A stretch of DNA of 64,000 bases from Alphaproteobacteria bacterium. GTDB lineage: Bacteria > Pseudomonadota > Alphaproteobacteria > SP197. The DNA lies in assembly GCA_964291265.2 (NCBI GenBank), contig OZ219747.1:3296001-3360000 (forward strand). Direction: 5' to 3'. Shown here in pieces: positions 49,910-61,499 of the stretch (position 1 is its first letter; the number at the start of each line of letters is the position of its first letter). Both the position numbers and the translations under genes were made by a program. The notes below the pieces were generated by a model that was not told the DNA's origin, did no database searches, and saw only the letters and a list, made by a program, of their open reading frames with translations.

Positions 49910-51329
49910 TTCGGCGCCTCCTTCGTCTGGATGAACATGGCTCATGAACGCCGCAAAGGCAACAAGTAACGCAAACGCCAATCCGGCGGTGTCAGCCTGC
50001 GCTCGGCGCGCTGGCCGTGATGGGCGCCGGTCTTCGCCGAGCTGTTCGGCCCCGTGGCCATCATTCTCCACGCGACGGCGTTGAGCTTTCCCGCATGGGG
50101 TGCCTGGCGATGGCTGACCTCTCGCGGACAAGTCCGGATGGCTGCGCAGCAGGGCGGACGGCCGGATGCCGCATCGGAGACGGTACGGTCAGACGGCGTC
50201 GGCGGCGATGCGGAGCTTGCCCCCGGAGGCCGAGCGTGGCTGCCGGGACATGCGCAACACATCCGGCATACGCTCGAGAACACCGCTGCGCCACCAGGCA
50301 TGGAAACAGCTCTGAACCGGGGAAAACGGTGGATCATCAGACGGTATCAGGCGCCACTGGCACCCGATGCCAGCATGAACTGGATTCCATCGAACACCCG
50401 GCGGGGGTCCGTCGTGCGGGGCCGACCATCCGGGCCTGCGCCGAGGTCAGAGGCTCGATGAGTGCTCACTCCTCGTCGCTCGGATCGTCTTGCCGGAAGT
50501 CGTCGCTGCGCCCGTACTTCGCCTGGGTGGCCCCAGTCCAGGCCATGGTAAGCGTTCGATCAAGGGTGACGATGATGAGGATGACAGTGACAACCACGAA
50601 TTGCCCCGGGACTCGCCTGCATTCGCTCAGTGCTGTCATCGCCGCAATCACCGCGTCAACCAACGCTTGCAGGCCATGATACCCTTCAGTTGTGGATTAC
50701 ACACCTGACCGGACTACCATCAGGCGTCCTGACCTCGGCTTCGATGTTTCAAATCAGAGTGATGCTTCTGGGCGGAGTTTGCGTACGTTGTCTGGCAGTC
50801 GAGGGGCTCCAAGTTCGAGAAGGAGACGATCGGTCCGTCTACCTTGGCAAGGGAGAAGCAAGCGGTTCCGATCAGGACGGCTTCAGGCGGGCGCATCGCG
50901 AGCGTGTTCAGGGCCGGGATTATCCCATAATCGGCATCATAGTGTATTGGACCGCAACGCGACTGTGCTGTCACGCACAACACCGGACAAGATTCTGGTT
51001 AGTGACGGCCGAAGCGCCGTCACTAAGCGGGTTTGGACGAAGGCCGCGCCTCCCCGGTGTCGACATGCAGAAAGTGTGAAGGAGGTGTTGTTGACGGACG
51101 CGCGAGGAGGCGTGTTGTCCGACGTCGGGGCGTGATGTTCGGCCTTATATGACGAAGGATGTTGGGCCTGCGGGACGCGGGCGGTCGCCCTGGCATGGGG
51201 TTCCAAATCTTTCATTGTGCTGGGAAAAATGGAGACGAAATGATCAAGTCAGCTCACGAGGTCAGGACGTCTGACCATGGCCCGGGGCCAGCGACTTCGG
51301 GAACAGGCTCTGAGGCGGCTCGGAAGAAC

Positions 51330-51560
51330 GCCCGGTGTTTCTCCCGCAACCGCGCATGACCTGCCCGAAATTCCGCGCGATGGGCTTGTGTATCGCCCAG
51401 CGGTGTAATCGAGAGGGGGCGAGCAGACCGGCATGCGATGGACCATCGAAGGAACCAACGCCATCATCGCGCGGCAATGCGCTGTGGAGAGCAACCGCTT
51501 CGGTGATTTCCGGGAACGACGCGCCGTAGCGAGATCGTGAATCATGTCAGACAACAACGG
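51330..51560 (+). mobile_element. ISKra4-like 3' remnant
   Basis: FSRNR...KFRAMGLCI..SGVIEG...TGMRWTIEGTNAIIARQCAVESNRFGDFRERRA. Confidence 0.68.
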
Positions 51561-51615
51561 TTGTCCGGGCGTGCCGGTCAACCTAGAATGAACCGTTGCA
51601 ATCCGTGATCTCTCC

Positions 51616-53460
51616 ATGCTGACAAGACTGCGTGAAGGTGCCTCGTCGTGGCCCGCCAAGGTGATACTGTGCGTCGTCGCCTTCAGTTTCGTCGGCTGGG
51701 GTGTCGGCGATATCTTCGTCAGCCGCGGAGAGACCAGGGTTGCCGAGGTCGGCGACGCGGCCATCGACGTTCGCGACCTGCAGGTCGCCTACCGCAGTCG
51801 CATCCGCTCCCTGCAGTCGAGCGGCATCCGGATCGACCCTGGCACCGACCCGGCACGCCAGCAGGCCAGGCTGGCTCTCGAACAGCTTGTGCAGGACACG
51901 ATGCTCGACCAGGCGGCACAGACGTTCGGCGTTGCGACGAGTGACGATACCCTGAGGGCGGCAATCGTCAACAACGAGATGTTTCACGACGTGGCCGGCA
52001 ACTTCGACGCCGGTGTCTTTGCCGGCATTCTGTCGATGAACGGACTGACAGAGGAAACCTATCTCGCCGGTCTCGCTCGCGGCATTGCCCGCAACCAGCT
52101 CATCGCCAGCCTGGGCGCCCTGCCCTCCCTGCCCGATGGACTGGTCCGCCGAATCACCCAGTTCCGTCACGAGCAGAGAACAGCGGAACTGGCGGTCATT
52201 CCCAACGACGCCCTGGTTGCCCGGCCCGAGCCTGGGGCAGGAGAGCTTGCGGCGTGGTTTGCCGACCGGAGCGAAGCCTACGATGCGCCGGAATACCGCT
52301 CGGCATCCTATCTGCTGATCTACCCCGAGGATATTGCCGGGACAATCGAGATCGCGCCCGCAGAGATCGCGGCGGCCTATGACGCTGCGCCTGACCGGTG
52401 GACCGTGCCGCAACGCCGCCTGGTCCGGCAGGCCCGGTTCGCTACACGCGACGAGGCTGAGGAAGCGCTCGCCTTGCCCTTTGACGAGGTCGTGTCCGGG
52501 GACGGCGAGGCACGATGGCTGCAGCGCAAGGATCTCCTTGCTGAACTTGCGGACCCGGTGTTCGACGCCGTTGAAGGCGGCATGGCCGGCCCCGTTGAAT
52601 CTCCCCTGGGCGGCTGGCTGATCTACAGCATCGACGTGGTTGAAGATCAGGTCGTGACGCCGCTGGAAGAGGCACATGACATCATTCGCGGCGAATTGGC
52701 TCTCGCGCAGGCACGTTATGCCCTCTTCGATCTCGCTGACAGTCTCGATGATCTCGTTGCGACCGGCGCCTCCCCCGACGAGATGGCGTCGACCCTGGAT
52801 CTCGAACTGAAGACAATCGAAAGGGTGTCGTCGAGCGGTCTGACCGAGAATGCCGGTGCCCTTCAGATCATCCCTGAAACTCCCGAGTTCCTGGAGGAGG
52901 TCTTTCTTGCCCACCTCGATCTTGTCTCGACGGTGCTGGAGACCGACGACGGCGGCCTGCTGGTCCTCGAGGTCACGGAAATCGTGCCGGCCCGTTCGCG
53001 CGACCTCGACGAGGTGCGGAACGAGGTGCTCGGCGACTGGCAAGCTGAACGCCAGGCGGAACTGGCGTCACGTGAAGCCGAACGTCTTGCCGGCGCCGCC
53101 GGTTCGGCGGGTGACCTCGGCGATGTCTTCGGCCTTGCCGATGTCACCTTCGAAGTGACCGAGCCCTTCATGCGTCACTCCATGCCGCCGGTCGCGAACC
53201 TCTCGTTCGCGACGGTGGAGGCCCTCTTCGTCGCGCGTCCAGGCGACACGGTGGTGCGGACTTCCGACGATGGCCGTCATCAGGTGGTGGCCCGCCTTGT
53301 CGACATCATCGATGCGGACCACTCTCCCGAGGTTGCGTCGGCGGTCGGTGAAAGGCTCCGACAGGGCGTCGTTCGCGATATCAGTGCAGGACTGGTCGCC
53401 AGCCTTCGCGATGACATGGCGATCAGCATCAATCACGAGATGATCGATCAGTCATTCTGA
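51616..53460 (+). CDS. ppiD: PpiD/SurA-family periplasmic chaperone
   Basis: MLTRLR...FVGWGVGD SurA N-terminus; PEYRSASY; precedes trpE. Confidence 0.88.
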   Translation: MLTRLREGASSWPAKVILCVVAFSFVGWGVGDIFVSRGETRVAEVGDAAIDVRDLQVAYRSRIRSLQSSGIRIDPGTDPARQQARLALEQLVQDTMLDQAAQTFGVATSDDTLRAAIVNNEMFHDVAGNFDAGVFAGILSMNGLTEETYLAGLARGIARNQLIASLGALPSLPDGLVRRITQFRHEQRTAELAVIPNDALVARPEPGAGELAAWFADRSEAYDAPEYRSASYLLIYPEDIAGTIEIAPAEIAAAYDAAPDRWTVPQRRLVRQARFATRDEAEEALALPFDEVVSGDGEARWLQRKDLLAELADPVFDAVEGGMAGPVESPLGGWLIYSIDVVEDQVVTPLEEAHDIIRGELALAQARYALFDLADSLDDLVATGASPDEMASTLDLELKTIERVSSSGLTENAGALQIIPETPEFLEEVFLAHLDLVSTVLETDDGGLLVLEVTEIVPARSRDLDEVRNEVLGDWQAERQAELASREAERLAGAAGSAGDLGDVFGLADVTFEVTEPFMRHSMPPVANLSFATVEALFVARPGDTVVRTSDDGRHQVVARLVDIIDADHSPEVASAVGERLRQGVVRDISAGLVASLRDDMAISINHEMIDQSF

Positions 53461-53461
53461 G

Positions 53462-54991
53462 ATGACAGGGTACAATCCCGACTATCCGCTGTTCGAGGAA
53501 CACTATCGAAACGCCGCACCCCAGGTCGTGTGGACACGACTCGTGGCCGATCTCGAGACTCCCGTCTCGGCGATGCTCAGGATTGCCGGGTCGCAGACCA
53601 ACACCTTCCTGCTGGAGTCCGTCGAGGGAGGTGAATCGAGAGGGCGGTACTCGATCATCGGCATGCGCCCTGATCTCGTCTGGCGATGCCTTGGCAACCG
53701 GGCGGAAATCAACCGCAGTGCGCGCCATGAACCGGATGCCTTCGTCGAGGACGATGTGGGCGCTATCGAGTCCCTGAAGCGGCTTGTCAGGGAGTGCGCA
53801 ATCCCGTTGCCGGAGACCCTCCCACCCATGGCGTCAGCGCTGGTGGGCTATGTCGGGTACGAGATGGTACGCCTCATGGAGCGCCTGCCAACCATGGCGG
53901 CGAGGGTTCTCGATGTACCCGACGGTCTGCTCGTCCGTCCGACAATCATGGCCATCTTCGACAACGTGGCGGACGAAGTCACCATCGTCACGCCCGTCTG
54001 GCCGACAGCAGACATTCCCGCTCGCGCTGCCTATGCGAGAGCCTGTGAACGACTGTCCGATGTCGTGGCGGACTTCGATCGTCCGCTCCCTGCCAGCGCC
54101 TACACCATCGGCGATGACGCTTGCTCGACGGCGGTTTCCAATACGGCTCACGAACGTTTTCTGGAGATGGTGGAAAAGGCCAAGGACTACATCCATGCGG
54201 GCGATGCCTTCCAGGTCGTGCTGTCCCAGCGCTTTGACCTGCCCTTCACCCTTCCTCCCCTTGCCTATTATCGGGCGCTGAGACGGGTCAATCCTTCACC
54301 ATTTCTCTTCTATCTCAATTTCGACGGCTTTGCGGTCGTCGGATCGAGTCCGGAGATACTCGTGCGGGTGAGAGACCGTCGCGTGACCATCCGCCCGCTC
54401 GCCGGGACCCGTCGGCGGGGAGATGATGCAGCCGAGGACCAACAACTCGGCAACGAGCTGCTGGCGGACGCCAAGGAACGTGCAGAACACCTGATGCTGC
54501 TCGATCTCGGCCGCAACGATGTCGGCCGCGTTGCCAGGATTGGCAGTGTCCAGGTGACCGAGAGCTTCAAGATCGAACGCTACAGCCACGTCATGCACAT
54601 CAGTTCCACCATCGAAGGCGAGATGAAGGATGGATGCGATGCCATCGATGCCCTGGTCGCTGGATTTCCGGCCGGTACGGTAAGCGGTGCTCCCAAGGTG
54701 CGCGCCATGGAAATCATCGACGAACTCGAGACGGACCGCCGGGGCGTCTACGCCGGAGCCATTGGCTACTTCTCCGCAAACGGCGCCATGGACACCTGTA
54801 TCGCGCTGCGCACGGCCATCATCCGAGACAGTGTCCTTCATGTCCAGGCTGGCGCCGGCATCGTCGCGGACAGCGAGCCCGAGGCCGAGCACGTGGAATG
54901 CCGCAACAAGGCGCGGGCGCTCCTGAAGGCGGCCGAGGAAGCGGTGGCGTTCGCCAGCCAGACCCGGGGCTTCAACCCCGGGCAGGCCTGA
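53462..54991 (+). CDS. trpE: Anthranilate synthase component I
   Basis: LLESVEGG, NPSPF, EHLMLLDLGRND, GTVSGAPK. Confidence 0.97.
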   Translation: MTGYNPDYPLFEEHYRNAAPQVVWTRLVADLETPVSAMLRIAGSQTNTFLLESVEGGESRGRYSIIGMRPDLVWRCLGNRAEINRSARHEPDAFVEDDVGAIESLKRLVRECAIPLPETLPPMASALVGYVGYEMVRLMERLPTMAARVLDVPDGLLVRPTIMAIFDNVADEVTIVTPVWPTADIPARAAYARACERLSDVVADFDRPLPASAYTIGDDACSTAVSNTAHERFLEMVEKAKDYIHAGDAFQVVLSQRFDLPFTLPPLAYYRALRRVNPSPFLFYLNFDGFAVVGSSPEILVRVRDRRVTIRPLAGTRRRGDDAAEDQQLGNELLADAKERAEHLMLLDLGRNDVGRVARIGSVQVTESFKIERYSHVMHISSTIEGEMKDGCDAIDALVAGFPAGTVSGAPKVRAMEIIDELETDRRGVYAGAIGYFSANGAMDTCIALRTAIIRDSVLHVQAGAGIVADSEPEAEHVECRNKARALLKAAEEAVAFASQTRGFNPGQA

Positions 54992-55035
54992 CGCATGGTT
55001 CGCCATGATCCGGTGAACCCGGCGGTGAAAGGCTG

Positions 55036-55626
55036 ATGATGCTTGTACTGATCGACAACTACGACAGCTTTACCTACAACCTGCTGCACTTCCTGGGAGA
55101 GCTGGGCGCCGCGTGCGAAGTCCATCGCAACGACGCGGTCAGCGTTGACGAGATCATGGCCGGGCGGCCGCGCGGCATCGTCATTTCTCCCGGGCCGTGT
55201 GATCCCGACCGGGCGGGCATCTGTCTCGAGCTGGTGAGGCGCTCGGCCTGCGAGTCCCTGCCCCTCCTTGGAGTCTGCCTTGGCCACCAGGCGATTGGTC
55301 AGGCCTTTGGCGGCGCCATCGGCCGCGCGCCCCATCCCATGCATGGCAAGCTTTCGCTCATCCGACACGACGGCAACGGCGTGTTCCACGCCATTCCCTC
55401 GCCGCTTCGGGCAACGCGCTACCATTCGCTGACGCTCTGTCCGGGAAGTGTCCCGGAATGCCTCGAGGTCAACTCCCGGACGGACGATGGAATCATCATG
55501 GGCGTGCGCCATCGGGAACTGCCCATTCACGGCGTCCAATTCCACCCCGAGAGCATCGAATCGGAACATGGCCATCGCATTCTCGGGAACTTTGTCGACA
55601 TGCTCGAGACGGGTGAACAGACGTGA
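55036..55626 (+). CDS. trpG: Anthranilate synthase component II
   Basis: IDNYDSFT, SPGP, GVCLGHQ, QFHPES. Confidence 0.96.
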   Translation: MMLVLIDNYDSFTYNLLHFLGELGAACEVHRNDAVSVDEIMAGRPRGIVISPGPCDPDRAGICLELVRRSACESLPLLGVCLGHQAIGQAFGGAIGRAPHPMHGKLSLIRHDGNGVFHAIPSPLRATRYHSLTLCPGSVPECLEVNSRTDDGIIMGVRHRELPIHGVQFHPESIESEHGHRILGNFVDMLETGEQT

Positions 55627-56654
55627 CGGACACGTTCCGAGACCTGAAGCCGTGGATCGCGCGAGTCTCCGCAGGCGCGACCCTTGACGCGGACGAGGCC
55701 TGCCGGGCCTTCGATGTGATCATGTCCGGCGATGCCTCGCCGGCACAGATGGGCGGTTTCCTCATGGCACTCGCGGTCCGCGGCGAGACCGTCGCCGAAC
55801 TGACGGGAGGAGCGCGGTCCCTGCGCTCGCGAATGGTCGGCATGACGGCGCCCGATGGCGCGATGGACATTGTCGGAACCGGAGGCGACGGCAAGGGAAC
55901 ACTCAACATTTCGACGGCCACGGCGTTCGTGGTCGCCGCTTGCGGCGTGACTGTGGCAAAGCACGGGAATCGGGCGACATCGTCGCGCTCGGGCGCGGCG
56001 GACGTTCTTTCGGCGCTCGGTGTCGACCTCACGGCCGATCATGAGACGGTGCAGCGCGCCATTGATGACGCAGGCATCGGCTTCATGCTGGCGCCGCGTC
56101 ATCACGGCGCCATGCGTCACGTCATGCCGACCCGCCAGGAACTTGCCGTGCGCACCATCTTCAATCTCCTCGGGCCCCTGGCCAATCCGGCCCGTGTCGG
56201 TCTCTACCTCGTGGGCGTGGCGGCAGAGGCATGGGCAGAGCCCTTTGCACGCGTGCTGCGGGAACTCGGGGCCAGGAGCGCCTGGGTGGTCCACAGCGCC
56301 GATGGGTGCGACGAACTGACCCTCACGTCGGACAATCACGTGGTGATCCTGGACAACGGGACGATCCGCACGACACGGGTAAGCGCGGCCGATGCGGGCC
56401 TGGAAGCGGCCCCGTTTCATGCCATCGCCGGCGGCTCCCCCGAAGAGAACGCTGCAGCTCTCGCCGGTCTTCTCGAAGGCAGGCATGGCGCATTCCGCGA
56501 CACCGTGCTGTTCAACGCCGCTGCCGCGCTGTGTGTTGCGAAACGGGCCTCCTCGCTGCCGCAGGGAGTGGCGCTGGCACGCGCGTCGATCGACAGCCGC
56601 GACGCCCGGCAGATGCTTGATCGTCTGGTGGCGATTACCGGGGGAAATGCCTGA
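55623..56654 (+). CDS. trpD: Anthranilate phosphoribosyltransferase
   Basis: GTGGDG, KHGNRA, RTIFNLLGPL. Confidence 0.96.
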   Translation: MTDTFRDLKPWIARVSAGATLDADEACRAFDVIMSGDASPAQMGGFLMALAVRGETVAELTGGARSLRSRMVGMTAPDGAMDIVGTGGDGKGTLNISTATAFVVAACGVTVAKHGNRATSSRSGAADVLSALGVDLTADHETVQRAIDDAGIGFMLAPRHHGAMRHVMPTRQELAVRTIFNLLGPLANPARVGLYLVGVAAEAWAEPFARVLRELGARSAWVVHSADGCDELTLTSDNHVVILDNGTIRTTRVSAADAGLEAAPFHAIAGGSPEENAAALAGLLEGRHGAFRDTVLFNAAAALCVAKRASSLPQGVALARASIDSRDARQMLDRLVAITGGNA

Positions 56655-56659
56655 CAACC

Positions 56660-57454
56660 ATGTCGGATGTTCTCGAACGCATCTGTCGTGACAAGCGCGA
56701 CCATGTCGCACGCCGCAAGGCGCGCCGTCCGCTCGCGGATCTCGAGGAGACGATCCGCACCCTGGCTCCACCGGCGGGGTTCGCCGCGGCACTGGCTTCG
56801 CGAGCCGCCGACGGGATCGGACTCATCGCCGAAATCAAGAAAGCGTCGCCCAGTGCCGGGGTGATTCGCGATGACTTCGACGCCCGGGCCATTGCCGAGG
56901 CCTACAGGTCCGCCGGAGTCGCCTGTCTTTCCGTTCTGACCGACGCACCGTGGTTTGATGGATGCGATGACGATCTTGCTGCTGCCCGTGACTCCAGCGG
57001 CCTGCCCTGCCTGCGCAAGGACTTCATGATTGATCCCTACCAGGTGGTCGAATCGAGAGCCATCGGCGCCGATTGCATCCTCGTCATCCTTGCCGCCGTC
57101 GACGATGCGCTCGCTGCGGAACTCGTGGCGGCAGCCAGGGACCATGGTCTCGACGTGCTTGTCGAAGTTCACGATCGTGGTGAACTGGAACGGGCCCTCG
57201 CGCTCGAGGTCAGGCTTGTCGGCATCAACAACCGCAATCTCAGGACGCTGCGTGTGGATCTCAACACGGCTCTTGCCCTCGGCCCCCTCGTGCCGCCGGA
57301 CCGGGAGGTGGTCTGCGAGAGCGGGCTCAGGTCTCACGGAGATCTGGCGACCATGATGCGCGCGGGTATCAGGCGTTTCCTGGCCGGCGAACACCTCATG
57401 CGTCAAGCTGACGTCGCGGCCGCCACGCGTGCCCTTCTCGGCGGCCCGTCATGA
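56660..57454 (+). CDS. trpC: Indole-3-glycerol phosphate synthase
   Basis: [22 protein letters not shown]. Confidence 0.96.
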   Translation: MSDVLERICRDKRDHVARRKARRPLADLEETIRTLAPPAGFAAALASRAADGIGLIAEIKKASPSAGVIRDDFDARAIAEAYRSAGVACLSVLTDAPWFDGCDDDLAAARDSSGLPCLRKDFMIDPYQVVESRAIGADCILVILAAVDDALAAELVAAARDHGLDVLVEVHDRGELERALALEVRLVGINNRNLRTLRVDLNTALALGPLVPPDREVVCESGLRSHGDLATMMRAGIRRFLAGEHLMRQADVAAATRALLGGPS

Positions 57455-57494
57455 GAAACCACGCATGGCGGCCCTGGCGCAAGGAGTTCATGCT

Positions 57495-57980
57495 ATGAAC
57501 GATTCGCTGACCCATCTCGATTCCGCAGGACGGGCGCACATGGTCGATGTCTCGTCCAAGGAGGTGACCGAGAGGGTGGCGAGCGCCCGCGGCCGCGTGA
57601 CAATGGACCGGCGCACGCTCGATCTTGTCGTCGCCGGCGACGTTCCCAAGGGGGACGTGCTCACCGTGGCCCGAATCGCTGGCATCATGGCGGCCAAGAG
57701 GACATCGGAGATCATTCCGCTGTGCCATCCCCTGGGGTTGACATCGGCAAGCGTTGTGGTCGAACCCGATGCGCTGCAGTCCGCCATCACGATCATGGCT
57801 ACCTGCAGGGTGACGGGCAGGACCGGTGTGGAGATGGAAGCCCTCACAGCTGTTTCGGCGGCGGCATTGACAATCTATGACATGCTGAAGGCCGTTGACC
57901 GACACATGGTGATCGAGGGAGTGCACCTCATCGAGAAGTCGGGCGGACGTTCCGGCGCCTGGCACCATGATCCGCGTTGA
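57495..57980 (+). CDS. moaC: Cyclic pyranopterin monophosphate synthase
   Basis: [28 protein letters not shown]. Confidence 0.96.
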   Translation: MNDSLTHLDSAGRAHMVDVSSKEVTERVASARGRVTMDRRTLDLVVAGDVPKGDVLTVARIAGIMAAKRTSEIIPLCHPLGLTSASVVVEPDALQSAITIMATCRVTGRTGVEMEALTAVSAAALTIYDMLKAVDRHMVIEGVHLIEKSGGRSGAWHHDPR

Positions 57981-59166
57981 CGAAGCCGGAGCGCGCATTC
58001 GAAGACACCTGGCGAGGCTCCCCTTCGAGGAAGTGGCGCTGTCACAGGCCGCCGGCCGGGTTCTGGCTGTCGATGTCGTTTCCAAGGTCACCAAGCCTTC
58101 GGCCGCCGTATCGTCCATGGATGGCTATGCGGTACGGGCCGTCGACACCGCCGCCGCCCCGACCACCCTCGACATCGTTGGCGAGGCGGCGGCCGGCCAT
58201 GCCCTGTCCGGAAGCATCGGACCCGGCGAGGCGGTGCGGATCTTCACCGGCGGCGTGCTGCCGGGCGGGGCCGACAGTGTGGTGATCCAGGAGAACGCAG
58301 TCCGGGATGGCTCAAGGGTGACCGTCCGGGAGTCGGTCCCTGAAGGACGGTTCGTGCGTCAGCGTGGCCTCGACTTTGCCGAAGGAGATGCCGCGGGCCT
58401 GGCCGGACGTCTCCTGGGACCACGCGAGATTGGCCTGATCGCTTCGATGAACGCCTCCTGGGTCCAGGTCGCAAGGCGACCGAGAATTGCCATCATGGGC
58501 ACCGGAGACGAGCTGGTGCGGCCGGGAGATGTGCCGCGTTCCGATCAGGTCGTCAGTTCGAATTCCCTGGTTCTCGGAGCGCTCGTCACCCAGGCAGGCG
58601 GCGAAGCGATCAACCTCGGTATCGCTCGCGACAACAGGCAATCCATCCTGGACTGCCTTCGCCGCGCAGCCGGAAGCGACATTCTTGTCGTGACCGGCGG
58701 CATGTCCGTGGGCGAGCACGATCTGGTCCGCAGGGTCATGGATGAACAGGGCATGGATCTTGATTTCTGGAAGGTCGCCATGCGCCCGGGCAAGCCGTTG
58801 GCTTTCGGCCTCCTGAATTCCATGCCCGTTCTCGGACTTCCCGGCAATCCCGTTTCCACCCTGGTGTGCGGACATCTGTTCCTGCGCCCGGCCATGCACG
58901 TCATGCTCGGCCGCGTCGACAGCGACACAGGTGAGGAAACGGCGATCACCACGACCGATCTGGCGGCCAACGACGAACGGCAGGACTACCTGAGGGCAAC
59001 CCAGGTGCGCGGTGCGTCCGGCCGGCTCGAAGTGACGGCATTCGACAGACAGGACAGTTCCATGGTGGCGGTTCTCGCCTCGGCATCCTGCTTCATCATC
59101 CGGGCCCCCCACGCTCCCGCTGTCGCGGCGGGTGGACACGTGACCGTCCTGAGACTTGACACATAA
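57967..59166 (+). CDS. moeA: Molybdopterin molybdotransferase
   Basis: SMDGYA, TGDEL, GGMSVG, RPGKP, LPGNPVS. Confidence 0.96.
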   Translation: MIRVDEAGARIRRHLARLPFEEVALSQAAGRVLAVDVVSKVTKPSAAVSSMDGYAVRAVDTAAAPTTLDIVGEAAAGHALSGSIGPGEAVRIFTGGVLPGGADSVVIQENAVRDGSRVTVRESVPEGRFVRQRGLDFAEGDAAGLAGRLLGPREIGLIASMNASWVQVARRPRIAIMGTGDELVRPGDVPRSDQVVSSNSLVLGALVTQAGGEAINLGIARDNRQSILDCLRRAAGSDILVVTGGMSVGEHDLVRRVMDEQGMDLDFWKVAMRPGKPLAFGLLNSMPVLGLPGNPVSTLVCGHLFLRPAMHVMLGRVDSDTGEETAITTTDLAANDERQDYLRATQVRGASGRLEVTAFDRQDSSMVAVLASASCFIIRAPHAPAVAAGGHVTVLRLDT

Positions 59167-59169
59167 GGC

Positions 59170-59184
59170 GAACCTTCATAGAAC
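59170..59184 (+). promoter_or_regulatory. Alphaproteobacterial LexA (SOS) box GAAC-N7-GAAC
   Basis: GAACcttcataGAAC, 37 bp upstream of the lexA ATG. Confidence 0.88.
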
Positions 59185-59221
59185 ATATGGCAACAACCTT
59201 CCCGCTCCAGGCGATCCCGTC

Positions 59222-59893
59222 ATGCTGACACCCAAACAGCAGGAACTGTTGCTCTACATCAACCACCGTCTGACCAGCGACGGGATCTCGCCCTCCTTCG
59301 AGGAAATGAAGGACGCGGTGGGGATCAGGTCGAAATCTGGAATCCACCGCATGATCAAGGCCCTGGAAGAGCGCCGGTTCCTGCGGCGTCTGCCCTATCG
59401 CGCCCGGGCGCTCGAGGTCCTGAAGATGCCGCCTGGACCACACGACCGGCGGGCCATGCCCGGAAACCTGACAACCGTGTTCGACGACTCCCCTGCAGCG
59501 TCCAACGACAACACCGTGATGTTGCCGCTGCACGGCAGGATCGCGGCCGGCACGCCCATCGAGGCATTGCGTGATCCGACCGGGAATGTCGAGATTCCAC
59601 TTGGCATGGTCGGTGCCGCAAAGTGCTACGCCCTGGAAATCGAGGGTGATTCCATGACCGGCGCCGGTATCCTTGACGGTGATACGGTCATCATCGAGTA
59701 CGTCGAGACAGCAGAGAACGGCACCATCGTCGTCGCCCTGATCGATGAGGCCGAAGCGACACTCAAGCGGCTGCGCCGATGCGGCAGGACAACCGCGCTC
59801 GAGGCGTCCAATCCGGCATACCGCACCCATCACTATGAGTCGGATCGGGTCCGGATCCAGGGCCGACTGGTGGGCTTGTTGCGCCGCTACTGA
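59222..59893 (+). CDS. lexA: SOS repressor LexA
   Basis: MLTPKQ...PSFEEMK...SKSGIHR, IAAG, GDSM, TLKR. Confidence 0.97.
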   Translation: MLTPKQQELLLYINHRLTSDGISPSFEEMKDAVGIRSKSGIHRMIKALEERRFLRRLPYRARALEVLKMPPGPHDRRAMPGNLTTVFDDSPAASNDNTVMLPLHGRIAAGTPIEALRDPTGNVEIPLGMVGAAKCYALEIEGDSMTGAGILDGDTVIIEYVETAENGTIVVALIDEAEATLKRLRRCGRTTALEASNPAYRTHHYESDRVRIQGRLVGLLRRY

Positions 59894-61314
59894 TGCCTTC
59901 CTTGAACATCGTGACACGATTTGCCCCGTCTCCAACGGGGACGCTGCACATAGGCGGCGCCCGCACGGCATTGTTCAACTGGCTCTACGCCCGCCACTGG
60001 CACGGCACATTCCGATTGCGCATCGAGGACACGGATCGCAGGCGATCAACGCAGGAGTCGATCGAGGCCATCTTCGATGCTCTCGGCTGGCTTGGAATCG
60101 ACTGGGATGGAGAACCCGTCTTCCAGTTCGAGCGTTCCCCCCGTCACCGGGAGGTTGCCCGCACCCTGCTTGATTCCGGCCACGCCTATCGATGCTACAT
60201 GACGAGTGAGGAATTGCAGTGCTCCAGGAGACGCGCAAGGGATGAAGGACGCGTCTGGCGTTACGATGGTACCTGGCGTGACAGGGATGCTGGCGATGCC
60301 CCTCATGGCGTCGCTCCCGCGGTGCGCCTGAAGGCCCCGCGCGAGGGGCACACGATCATCAACGATCACGTGCAGGGCGACGTGGCCATTGCCAACGCCG
60401 AACTCGACGACATGGTTCTCCTGCGCGCCGACGGCACCCCGACATACATGCTGTCCGTTGTCGTCGACGATCACGACATGGGTGTCACCCACGTGATTCG
60501 TGGCGACGAGCATCTCGTCAACGCGGCGCGCCAGAGCCAGGTCTACCAGGCCCTCGGTTGGACGGCGCCGGGATTTGCCCATGTCCCCCTCATTCACGGG
60601 GCCGATGGAACGCCGCTGTCGAAACGCCATGGCGCCACCGGCGTCGAACATTACCGCGAAGAAGGATATCTCGCTGACGCCCTCGTCAACCATCTTCTGC
60701 GTCTTGGCTGGAGCCATGGTGATGAGGAAGTGATTGCGAGGGAGAACGCGATTCTCTGGTTCGATCTACCGGCGATCGGCAAATCCCCGGCGCGCTTCGA
60801 TCCGGAGAGGCTCTCCACTCTCAACCGGCACTACGTCAGGAACACCGACGATGCGACGCTCGCGCGCCTTGCTGCCAGACATGTCGTCAGCCGGTTGGAG
60901 CGGTCCATCGATGACGAAGAGGCCGCCTTGCTGCTCAGGGCCATGCCGATACTCAAGGAGAGATCGAAAACCCTGGTTGAACTGGCGCAGAACTCCCTTT
61001 TTCTCTTCCGGCATCGGCCTCTTGGCATCGAGCCCAGCGCCGCGAAGGTCCTCGTTGGTGAAGCCGTCACGCGCCTCTCTGCCCTGGCAGAACGCTTCGA
61101 TCGCCTCGAGGCATGGGACGTGACATCCCTTGAATCGTGTGTGCGTGCGTTCAGCGAGGAGGGCACGATGTCACTCGGCAAGGTAGCCCAACCGCTCAGG
61201 GCAGCCCTGACCGGCAGCACCGTGTCGCCACCCATCTTCGATGTCCTGGCACTTCTCGGCCGCGACGAGTGCCTGGCCAGGATCAAGGACATCACGCAGA
61301 CCGTCCAGTCCTGA
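59893..61314 (+). CDS. gltX: Glutamate--tRNA ligase
   Basis: [27 protein letters not shown]. Confidence 0.97.
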   Translation: MPSLNIVTRFAPSPTGTLHIGGARTALFNWLYARHWHGTFRLRIEDTDRRRSTQESIEAIFDALGWLGIDWDGEPVFQFERSPRHREVARTLLDSGHAYRCYMTSEELQCSRRRARDEGRVWRYDGTWRDRDAGDAPHGVAPAVRLKAPREGHTIINDHVQGDVAIANAELDDMVLLRADGTPTYMLSVVVDDHDMGVTHVIRGDEHLVNAARQSQVYQALGWTAPGFAHVPLIHGADGTPLSKRHGATGVEHYREEGYLADALVNHLLRLGWSHGDEEVIARENAILWFDLPAIGKSPARFDPERLSTLNRHYVRNTDDATLARLAARHVVSRLERSIDDEEAALLLRAMPILKERSKTLVELAQNSLFLFRHRPLGIEPSAAKVLVGEAVTRLSALAERFDRLEAWDVTSLESCVRAFSEEGTMSLGKVAQPLRAALTGSTVSPPIFDVLALLGRDECLARIKDITQTVQS

Positions 61315-61397
61315 TCCACCGCGGTACGTTGTTGCAGTAATCATCGCAATAACATGCATTATCTCCTGCAGATCCTTCGCGGAACTGATATGCATGC

Positions 61398-61427
61398 TTG
61401 ACGGACCGGTCCGCCGCTTGCTAGAAG
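61398..61427 (+). promoter_or_regulatory. Possible sigma70 promoter for gltA
   Basis: TTGACG-N18-TAGAAG in the gltX-gltA spacer. Confidence 0.35.
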
Positions 61428-61499
61428 GGGCGTCCTTGATGGACATGTCAACGGGTTGCGTGACGGGGAGCAGGCGCTCGAACACAGGGGAAGAACGAG

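Noticed and set aside
48548-49969. 473-aa + strand ORF
   Set aside because: Mostly antisense to the PIN/HTH pair; the 5' part is decayed sequence.
50466-51260. Short ORFs in the right half of the tpiA-ppiD island
   Set aside because: Probably decayed gene remnants; no recognisable motif or reliable start.
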